From Anaerolineae bacterium (GTDB taxonomy: Bacteria > Chloroflexota > Anaerolineae > B4-G1 > SLSP01): 53,678 nucleotides of DNA. Under the pieces are notes generated by a model. It saw nothing but the letters and a program-made list of their open reading frames with translations. It was not told the DNA's origin and did not search any database. A program made the translations under genes and the position numbers. The stretch's first letter is position 1. Every line of letters begins with the position of its first letter. Shown here piece by piece: positions 46,884 through 53,678 of the stretch. The stretch lies in the NCBI GenBank assembly GCA_034434315.1, contig DAOTZR010000057.1, positions 1-53,678 on the forward strand, written 5' to 3'.

Positions 46884-48464
46884 TCAGGTCAAACGGATGA
46901 CAGGGTAATCCTTGTACACTAGCTTGCCGGTGCGCAAATCACGCGCTGTGAGCAAGAGCCGCTTGTTGGCATCAATGCTGAAAACAATTTCAAAACATTT
47001 CTCGCCCTGGTGCGCTGGCGGGTCAGCTACCAGGAAGGTGGGCTGGTGTTCATTCATCCAGAAGTACTGGCGGCGGTATTGCTCTTCGGCACTGGTGGGC
47101 GTCAGGCGCGCCGCTCCACTGGGGTCGAACACCAGCTCGAAAGCCCCTACGGCCTGGGTCCGTGTCTCACTCACCTCGAACAGTGCAACGCCCAGTTGGA
47201 TCTGTTGATCGTACGAGGCTTTGACGGTGAGCCGCGCTATGGCTTCCGCCGGATAGGGAGTGCCGCGCTCAACAATCGTCCAGTAGTCGTAATCCTGCTT
47301 TTCGCGATTCACATAGCGGATGGCGTAGCTGTGTTGAATGTGATCGTAAAAATCCATGCCGGCAGCAAAGGCCGCTGCCCCACGGGCAATGGCATCCAGG
47401 GGCCGTTTCAGCCGGACCCGCTCCGCGCCAAAACTGCGTTGCAGCAGACTTTGTACAGCCGGAATCTGACTGCTGCCTCCCACCATCAAAATCGCCTTGA
47501 TGTGGTCTTCATCGTATCCCCGCTCATAAGCGCCGTTCAGAGCGCGGCGCAAGGTGCGCTCGATGGTGGTAAAAGCGCCGTGACGTTCCAACAGGGCTTC
47601 GAACTGTTCACGGGTGTAATCGGCTGCCAGCACCGTTCCGGTTTGAGGATCCACAACGCTGATGGTCGCCTGGGGGTGCTGCGAAAGGTGGACTTTGGCC
47701 TGCTCGCACTCCAGCAGTAACCAGGTACTGACGCGGCGCACCAACTCGTCAGCATCCGAACGTTGATGGCGCTGCAGGACATCCATGAACAGCCATTGGT
47801 CGAGCACCGCGCCCCCAAGGTCCGCTCCCGCTTTGCCCAACACGCGGCAGCGCTGGCCGCTGGTGTTCTCCTCAATCAAGACCACCGCCGTGTGCACGGT
47901 GCCCCCTCCAAAATCGAAAATCAGATACACATCGCCTGGGCGAATCGGAGCGCCGTACCCAAGGGCCGCCGCCGAAGGCTCATCAATCAGGCGGAAGCGC
48001 GGCATATCGTTTTGCTGGGCAATGCGCGTCAGCCAGTCCTCATAGTGCTCAAAAGCTTCCACCGGAACGCTGAAAGCCACTTCTTCGGCAGGATCCTGGC
48101 CAGTTTCCTGCCGGGCGAACAGGAGCACAGTGCTGAGAAAGTCCTGCGCTGCTTCATAGGGGGTGATGTCGCGGTCACCTACGCGGACGCGATAGGGGCT
48201 GCGCTGCGCGATATACCGCTTCATCCACCGAAAAGTGCCGGGCGCATGGGCCAGGTTCTGCTGCAGCACTTGCGCCCCCAGCCAGCGGCGTCCATCCGCC
48301 TGGTAATGGATGAGCGAGGGGATCACGGCTACCTGTTCACCCCCCTGAGGGTAAAAATGGCTGTAATCGGGGATGAACACGGGTTTCCCTTCCTCGGCCA
48401 GGGCATCCCACAGGGCGATAACCGTGTTGGAGGTGCCGAAATCAATGCCCAACCGGCCTGCCAT
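46884..48464 (-). CDS. Non-canonical Hsp70-family ATPase lacking the helical lid
   Basis: Actin-fold motifs GIDFGTSNTVIA, LIDEPSAAALGYG, IFDFGGGTVHTAVV and MVGGSSQIPAVQ. The SBD-beta-like end IVFSIDANKRLLLTARDLRTGK terminates the protein at 526 aa. A strong GGAGGGAGGAG RBS is present, and the start lies 23 nt inside the GrpE-like gene. Confidence 0.85.
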   Translation of the reverse strand: MAGRLGIDFGTSNTVIALWDALAEEGKPVFIPDYSHFYPQGGEQVAVIPSLIHYQADGRRWLGAQVLQQNLAHAPGTFRWMKRYIAQRSPYRVRVGDRDITPYEAAQDFLSTVLLFARQETGQDPAEEVAFSVPVEAFEHYEDWLTRIAQQNDMPRFRLIDEPSAAALGYGAPIRPGDVYLIFDFGGGTVHTAVVLIEENTSGQRCRVLGKAGADLGGAVLDQWLFMDVLQRHQRSDADELVRRVSTWLLLECEQAKVHLSQHPQATISVVDPQTGTVLAADYTREQFEALLERHGAFTTIERTLRRALNGAYERGYDEDHIKAILMVGGSSQIPAVQSLLQRSFGAERVRLKRPLDAIARGAAAFAAGMDFYDHIQHSYAIRYVNREKQDYDYWTIVERGTPYPAEAIARLTVKASYDQQIQLGVALFEVSETRTQAVGAFELVFDPSGAARLTPTSAEEQYRRQYFWMNEHQPTFLVADPPAHQGEKCFEIVFSIDANKRLLLTARDLRTGKLVYKDYPVIRLT

Positions 48465-48945
48465 CGGCTCCTCCCTCCGTGCTGGCGCTGACGCCGGGCC
48501 GGGCTATCACCCGTCCGCGATAGCGCAGACCTGGCACGCACACCTGGGCGCGCTCACCGGGCCGGAGTGGCGGCCCTACAGGAATGTGCAGCGTGGGGTC
48601 GAAGCGTACCGCCATGCCGATGGGCTCGCTTTCTTCCAGCCCGTGGCTCTTGAGGACGGCGAGCAAGCGCTGCACAATGCGCCACAGGTCCTGCGCCGAA
48701 ACAGCCTGTCCCTGTTCGATGAGCGTGCCTTGCAAGATCAGTTGCGCTATGGGCGCTCCCAGGTCGAGGAACAAAGCCTCCACCCGTGCCACAACCTGAG
48801 CCTCGAGGGCCTCCCCGCCCTGGCGACGCCTTTCGGCCTCGCATTCCTGCAGGGCCAGGCGCAGGCTCTGCACCTCGGATTTCAGTTTCAACAACTCCAT
48901 GGCGTCCTGATCCGTTTTTTCGGCTTTGCGTGACCAGAATGGCAT
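48442..48945 (-). CDS. GrpE-like nucleotide-exchange factor
   Basis: N-terminal coiled coil followed by the GrpE-type C-terminus GLEESEPIGMAVRFDPTLHIPVG...GERAQVCVPGLRYRGRVIARPGVSAS. ATG 48945 is preceded by AGGAGG. The ORF-track start at 48993 is a GTG overlapping the upstream stop. Confidence 0.65.
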   Translation of the reverse strand: MPFWSRKAEKTDQDAMELLKLKSEVQSLRLALQECEAERRRQGGEALEAQVVARVEALFLDLGAPIAQLILQGTLIEQGQAVSAQDLWRIVQRLLAVLKSHGLEESEPIGMAVRFDPTLHIPVGPPLRPGERAQVCVPGLRYRGRVIARPGVSASTEGGADGRPVGH

Positions 48946-48989
48946 GACGTCCTCCTGAATGATTATGTCCCGGCTGGGCCGATGGGCCC

Positions 48990-51092
48990 TCACCCTTCCA
49001 GCTCGATGTCGAACTCGCCCACCACCAATTCTGGCGCTGCTTCCAACTCGATTTCATAGCGTCCGCGATGCAGCAGCACCAGGATGGTGAACTCCAGGGC
49101 GCGGCGGATGGCCGGGTCCAGCGTCGGGCGCTCGGCCAGCCAGCGCAGATGGCCGGCACTGGCGGGATTCAATTGGGCCATGGGCCGGGCGAACAAATAG
49201 GGCAGCTCCAGCAGGCGCAAATCCCAAAGGGCGAACGAGGTTTCGCTGGTTCCCAGGGCCATGAACGCGCCATCGGCTGAAACCTGCAGTCCGGTGACGT
49301 GTCCACTGTGCACATCCAACTCCAGTACCGGCGCCCAGTTTTCCAGATCGACCCCGCGCAACAGGCCGCTGCTATCCAGACTCAGTAACAGATTGTAGCG
49401 CGGCAATGCGGCCAATCCCACCACGGTAGCCGGATGCCGGGTCAGCTCGCGTTTCGGCGCCGAGCTCATGCTCTCCAGGTCCAGCAAGACCACCTGTCCC
49501 TGATGCATACCCAGCACCAGGTCTTTCTGAGCCAGGGTGGCTGTTTTCACCCGACCATTGGCAAAGCGCCAGCCCACTTCCTTGAGATTGGGCAAGGTCA
49601 GGTGCGTGATCAGATGGCCCAGGAACACCAGGCTCTGGTCGTGGACCGGGCAGAGCTGGTGTGCCCAGCCATGCATCTCGCGCTCGCCCAGCAGCCTCCC
49701 CGAAGGAAGCTCCCACAGTCGCAACGTGCCCTCGCGTCCGGATGAAACGCCCCAGGCCTCCCCAACCACAGCCACACTGGCCCGCCCTCGATGCTGTCCC
49801 AGGGCGCGCGTCTCTTCGGGGCGCTTGAGATACACGCTGACGGGCGCGTCAGCGCGTTGGGCGCGTTCGCTGCACAGCAGCCATTCGGTCGGGGTGAAGG
49901 CGACCTGATGGACCGCGTGCTGGAAGCGGGTGAACAGGGCCGTCCGCTGCGCCTTCACGTAATCCCACAGCACGACCCGCCCGGTGCCGATGGCCGCAGC
50001 CAGCAGAGGGCTTTGCGGCGCGAAGGCGACCGCATTCACGCGGCCCGGTGCGCGCACCAGGGCCATCTGTTGCAGCAAGGCCTGCTGCTTGCGGATCTGA
50101 TCGGGCACGGCGAGCACTCCCGCCCGGACCAGGGCGCCCAGTTTGACCAGCAGGTCCTGATCCCCGGCAGCGGACGGTTGCCAGCCTGCAGCCAGCAGGC
50201 GTTCCATCACCCAGGCGCTCCAGGCGGTATGCACCTGCGGGACCAGCTCCCATAAAGCCGGCCATTGCTCTTCCTTGACCATAATGTCCAGCACCAGCTG
50301 TGTTTCAGCAGGCGTGAGGGCCGCAGCCCGGAGCCGGTTTTCGCCACCTGTGAGAATGGGCAGGAAATCCGTCCGTCCGGCTCGTCGCAGCCGCTCGCGG
50401 ATGCGCGCGCGCAGGGGTTCAGTGGCGGTTGTGTAAAGTGCGCGCAGTCGGCGCCGGTCGAAATCCAGGGCGTCGTACGCTTCCCAGCGCTCCTGGAGCA
50501 ACCAGTACAGCGCCCGTTCCTGTTCATCCTCAGGTTCGAACGCCTGGTTGGCCAGCGCCTCCAAAGCCAGAGGATGGTCACTTTGGCGCGCCAGGTCCCA
50601 CAGGGCTTCCAGCGCCTTTTTGCGCTTGAGACCCAAAAGCGCCCGGCGCGCCCGTTCGGCTATCAGGGGATCCGGGTCGGCACAGGCCTCTAACAGAGCG
50701 GGTAAGCTGGCTGCTCCTATGCGTTCGGCTAGCTCCTGCGCTTTGTTCTGGAAGAGGAACGTGAGGACCCGCACATGGATCGGAGCTTCCGCGACCCAGC
50801 CCTGTTCGCGCAAAAACTGGCTCAGATGGGGCGCGCGCGTCCGACTCCAGATCTGGCAAATGTGATCGCGTTTTATGGGCGCATCAATTCGGCGCAACCT
50901 GGCCCGGACCAGGGCCTGGACCTGGGGATCGGGATGTTCCAGGGCCTCGACCAACGCATCCAGTACCGGCAGCGAATTGCCGGCCAGGGTCAGAAGCCAG
51001 GCGGCCAGGCGTTGGACCCAGGGGGCCAGGGCGGGGAGCGCATTCCAGGTGAGCCAGGATTTTAACCAGGGCATGAGCGTGCCGGATATCAC
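48990..51092 (-). CDS. HEAT/ARM-repeat + WD40-like beta-propeller protein
   Basis: The N-terminal half has HEAT-like units (LEHPDPQVQALVRARLRR, ACADPDPLIAERARRALLGL). The C-terminal half has WD-like blades (GRVVLWDY, GTLRLWELPSG, GLLRGVDLEN, TSFALWDLR). The GTG start at 51092 overlaps the ycf46-like stop (GTGA). An alternative ATG is at 51074. Confidence 0.65.
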   Translation of the reverse strand: MISGTLMPWLKSWLTWNALPALAPWVQRLAAWLLTLAGNSLPVLDALVEALEHPDPQVQALVRARLRRIDAPIKRDHICQIWSRTRAPHLSQFLREQGWVAEAPIHVRVLTFLFQNKAQELAERIGAASLPALLEACADPDPLIAERARRALLGLKRKKALEALWDLARQSDHPLALEALANQAFEPEDEQERALYWLLQERWEAYDALDFDRRRLRALYTTATEPLRARIRERLRRAGRTDFLPILTGGENRLRAAALTPAETQLVLDIMVKEEQWPALWELVPQVHTAWSAWVMERLLAAGWQPSAAGDQDLLVKLGALVRAGVLAVPDQIRKQQALLQQMALVRAPGRVNAVAFAPQSPLLAAAIGTGRVVLWDYVKAQRTALFTRFQHAVHQVAFTPTEWLLCSERAQRADAPVSVYLKRPEETRALGQHRGRASVAVVGEAWGVSSGREGTLRLWELPSGRLLGEREMHGWAHQLCPVHDQSLVFLGHLITHLTLPNLKEVGWRFANGRVKTATLAQKDLVLGMHQGQVVLLDLESMSSAPKRELTRHPATVVGLAALPRYNLLLSLDSSGLLRGVDLENWAPVLELDVHSGHVTGLQVSADGAFMALGTSETSFALWDLRLLELPYLFARPMAQLNPASAGHLRWLAERPTLDPAIRRALEFTILVLLHRGRYEIELEAAPELVVGEFDIELEG

Positions 51093-52621
51093 GGTTGGAG
51101 TTGCAATGGCACGAAGCGCTGTTGGGCCTCACGGACTTCACGGAAAGAAGCCGATTGCGCTCGCCCCTCCAGGAGCCAGGCGCGCAGCGCTTCTACCTGC
51201 TCGCGCTGAGAGATGGACAGCGGCACCAGGCGTCTCAGGGCTTCGAGGATGTCGTTGGTAGTAAACTCGCGGTTTTCGCCGAAACCGTTATACATCGCAT
51301 CAATGATGGCCTGTTCGATTTCCGCTCCGGTATACCCTTCAGCCTGACGGGCCAGGCGCGGCAGGTCGAAGTCCTGGGGCAGGCGCTTGCGCTTACGGAG
51401 ATGGACGGTGAAAATCTCCTCGCGCTCCTCCTGCGTAGGCAGGTCGAGGAAGAAGATCTCGTCGAAGCGCCCCCGACGTAGCAATTCGGGGGGGAGGCTG
51501 CTGATGTCGTTGGCGGTTGCTACCACGAAACACGGGGCGGTTTTTTCCTGCATCCAGGTGAGGATGGTTCCAAAAACGCGCGTGCTGGTGCCGCTATCCA
51601 GACCGCCATGGGCCAGGGCCTTCTCCATCTCATCAATCCACACCACACAGGGGGCTATGGTTTCGGCCAGATGCAAAGCCCGGCGCGTGCGCTCCTCCGA
51701 CTCGCCCACCAGACTGCCGAAAAGCGCGCCGACATCCAGGCGCAACAAAGGCAAGCGCCACAATCCGCCAATCATCTTAGCCGTGAGGCTTTTCCCCGTG
51801 CCAGGGATGCCGATGAGGGCAATGCCCTTGGGCGCTGGCAGTCCGTAATCACGGGCCTCTTGCGTGAAAGCACGTTCACGCAGGCGCAGCCAGTTCTTCA
51901 ATACGCCCAACCCGCCGACATCCTCCAGGGTTTCGCTCGCGCTGGAGAATTCCAGGGCTTCATGGCTGCGGATGAGCTGTTTTTTCTCCTCGGTGATCGC
52001 CTCAATATCACGCTCGTCCAGCTTCCCATTGCGGACAAGACAGCGAGCGAAGGCGCGCTGCGCCTGGGCCAGGGTCAGGCCCAACGCCGCCTGCACCAGC
52101 TTCTCCCGCCCCAGCGGGGTCAAATCAGAACGAACCCCCGGCGTCTGGAGTAACTGTCCCAGGGCGGCATCCAGTTCGGCGGCTGAAGGCAGGGGCAGTT
52201 CAGTGAGGACCGCCTCGTCGCGCAGTTCGAGCGGAACCTGGCCGGCTGGCGTGAGCACAAGCAGGGATTTCCGGGTATAACGCAGGTCCTGAGCTGTGCT
52301 GCGCAATTTGCGCTTCACCTGGGCATTGTTCCACACCTCATGGAAGTCCTTCAACACCAGCAACAGGGGATCCGAAGCCTTTTCGACATAGTCCAGGGCC
52401 TGGAGCGGGTCGCGGATGGCCGGGGGGAAGGAAAACGAACCACTGAGCGGCTGAAAGCCGTTGGCCAGGTCCCAGGTCAGGGCAGGGCGCTTCTGCCGTT
52501 CGCAGACGTTCTGGAGCATGCGCAGTGCCCGCTCCTCTTCTACCGTGTTGAGGACAATCAACGTAAAACGCGCGCGCAAGTACAAATCCAGTTGCTCTTC
52601 AAAAATCAACCTGTCTCCCAT
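51089..52621 (-). CDS. Ycf46-family AAA+ ATPase
   Basis: Classical AAA core with Walker [13 protein letters not shown], Walker [14 protein letters not shown] sensor-1 region and [16 protein letters not shown]. The ~240-aa N-domain ([13 protein letters not shown]...LTWDLANG...LLLVLKDFH) and the ~510-aa length match my recollection of plastid/cyanobacterial Ycf46. GGAGG RBS. Confidence 0.8.
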   Translation of the reverse strand: MGDRLIFEEQLDLYLRARFTLIVLNTVEEERALRMLQNVCERQKRPALTWDLANGFQPLSGSFSFPPAIRDPLQALDYVEKASDPLLLVLKDFHEVWNNAQVKRKLRSTAQDLRYTRKSLLVLTPAGQVPLELRDEAVLTELPLPSAAELDAALGQLLQTPGVRSDLTPLGREKLVQAALGLTLAQAQRAFARCLVRNGKLDERDIEAITEEKKQLIRSHEALEFSSASETLEDVGGLGVLKNWLRLRERAFTQEARDYGLPAPKGIALIGIPGTGKSLTAKMIGGLWRLPLLRLDVGALFGSLVGESEERTRRALHLAETIAPCVVWIDEMEKALAHGGLDSGTSTRVFGTILTWMQEKTAPCFVVATANDISSLPPELLRRGRFDEIFFLDLPTQEEREEIFTVHLRKRKRLPQDFDLPRLARQAEGYTGAEIEQAIIDAMYNGFGENREFTTNDILEALRRLVPLSISQREQVEALRAWLLEGRAQSASFREVREAQQRFVPLQLQP

Positions 52622-52823
52622 CCGGTCATACCTCCATCTCCATCCATCCCTTCAAACTGACCTGAAACCGGGTTGGGATAAACACCTGCCGGGGGAACCA
52701 TAGGGGAGGATAGAACATGACTTTACGTCGTACAGCCAGCCGCAAGCTGAGCGAGCTGCCTGGCTGAATGGCATGGAGCAGCCTTGCCAGGCTGGCCCGG
52801 CCTTTGTAAGGAAGGGGAAGCTT

Positions 52824-53447
52824 TCAGAGCTTCCTCAGAGCAAACACACATTCTGTGGTCTGGGTCTCCCCGACGGCTGCACAGCTCGTCTCGGTGACCT
52901 CAAAATAATCCTCCAGCTCGGCCCATTCCAAAGCCTGCTGCAGGAAGCCCAACGTGCTGTGACAGACAGGCTGGGCCTCATGCTTCCGGCCCCAGCACGC
53001 CGGGCAGGGGGCAACATGATAGAGTAGCACCCCGTTTTCTTCGGTGAGGTACGTGCGTACCGTGCTCTGTTTGCTCATGCCCTTGATGATGGCTTCCAAA
53101 AGGGTTTTAATCCGGGGGCGCGGGGGCAAGAGCTTGAACGCTACACCGGCCAGGCCCAAGGCGCTCCCCAATTGTTCGATGGCGGCGTTAAAAGCCGCAC
53201 GTCCGGCGCGGAGCGCTAGAGCCCGTCCGCCGCGCGGACCGTACATCTCTTCCAGGACCTGGTTCATGCGCGAGAAATCGTCCAGGCTTACTTCCAGGGC
53301 GTCATTGTAGTCGGGCGGATTGGCAATCCAGGCCTCCAGATTCGCCAGACGCAGCACGGCATGCAACCCATGCTGCCCGATAACCTCAGTAATGGCGTCA
53401 AGGTAAATCCGTGTGCGGCGGTTAGATTGCCTGTGTTGTGTTTCCAT
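52824..53447 (-). CDS. V4R (4-vinyl-reductase-like) small-molecule-binding domain protein
   Basis: The C-terminal V4R Cys pattern is VAPCPACWGR...PVCHSTLGFLQQAL...EVTETSCAAVGETQTTECVF. The start was moved to ATG 53447 (METQHR) because a consensus promoter lies inside the longer 243-aa ORF. The RBS is purine-rich (GGAAAGGACGGGGAAG). Confidence 0.65.
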   Translation of the reverse strand: METQHRQSNRRTRIYLDAITEVIGQHGLHAVLRLANLEAWIANPPDYNDALEVSLDDFSRMNQVLEEMYGPRGGRALALRAGRAAFNAAIEQLGSALGLAGVAFKLLPPRPRIKTLLEAIIKGMSKQSTVRTYLTEENGVLLYHVAPCPACWGRKHEAQPVCHSTLGFLQQALEWAELEDYFEVTETSCAAVGETQTTECVFALRKL

Positions 53448-53495
53448 CTTCCCCGTCCTTTCCTGGATGGAACCCTTATCACAAAGGTTATATAG

Positions 53496-53524
53496 ATTAT
53501 AGCTATTCTTGGGTAAGAATGCAA
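53496..53524 (-). promoter_or_regulatory. Near-consensus sigma70 promoter: TTGCAT-N17-TATAAT (minus strand)
   Basis: On the plus strand, ATGCAA at 53519..53524 is the -35 and ATTATA at 53496..53501 is the -10. The spacer is 17 nt, and the -10 lies 49 nt upstream of the V4R ATG. Confidence 0.65.
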
Positions 53525-53678
53525 CTGTGTTAAAGTCCGGGGCTTGTGCTGCCATGGATCGTGCAAGGCTTCAATTGGTTTAAGGAGCTGGAAAAGGCGG
53601 GGCCTTCCTGTGGTCTGGGTGGGAAAGGCCGAGCACACTTCCTCACACACCCACCAGCCTGCCAACCCCTCCCCAGCC

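Noticed and set aside
47010-48491. Two plus-strand ORFs of 236 and 242 aa
   Set aside because: Both are antisense to the Hsp70-family gene, which carries all the actin-fold ATPase motifs.
53448-53555. First 36 codons of the 243-aa V4R ORF
   Set aside because: They contain a TTGCAT-N17-TATAAT promoter and an AT-rich leader. The SD-preceded ATG at 53447 is the likelier start.

Overview
GC-rich bacterial chromosomal window (GC judged by eye, not computed). I count about 42 protein genes and found no rRNA, tRNA, CRISPR array or intact mobile element. Gene content and the heavy load of multi-GAF kinases suggest a Chloroflexota-like lineage, but that is inference only. ORF-track coordinates include the stop codon, and GTG/TTG starts are shown as M. 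There are three kinds of content. (1) Housekeeping genes: prfB with its programmed +1 frameshift, ftsY, two tandem lepB copies, a frameshifted deoC, purA, efp, cca, and an rmd-like/gmd/deoB/phosphohexomutase operon. (2) Dense signal transduction: six histidine kinases, one stand-alone receiver, two GAF-containing class III cyclases and a YbjN-like protein. Most of these sit in a ~16 kb island at 29.5-45.2 kb. (3) Two tightly packed operons with no characterised counterpart that I know of. The best candidate for a novel system is the minus-strand operon at 45703-53524. It encodes a V4R sensor, a Ycf46-family AAA+ ATPase, a HEAT+WD40 scaffold, a GrpE-like protein, a lidless Hsp70, Ycf35/DUF1257, DUF2997 and an orphan NrdG-like radical-SAM activase. 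The second candidate is at 12717-17902: a kinase, a tail-anchored small protein, a HerA-like ATPase, a CX5R phosphatase and a membrane-anchored two-HKD PLD protein. Many long antisense ORFs in the track are GC-driven shadows and were rejected.
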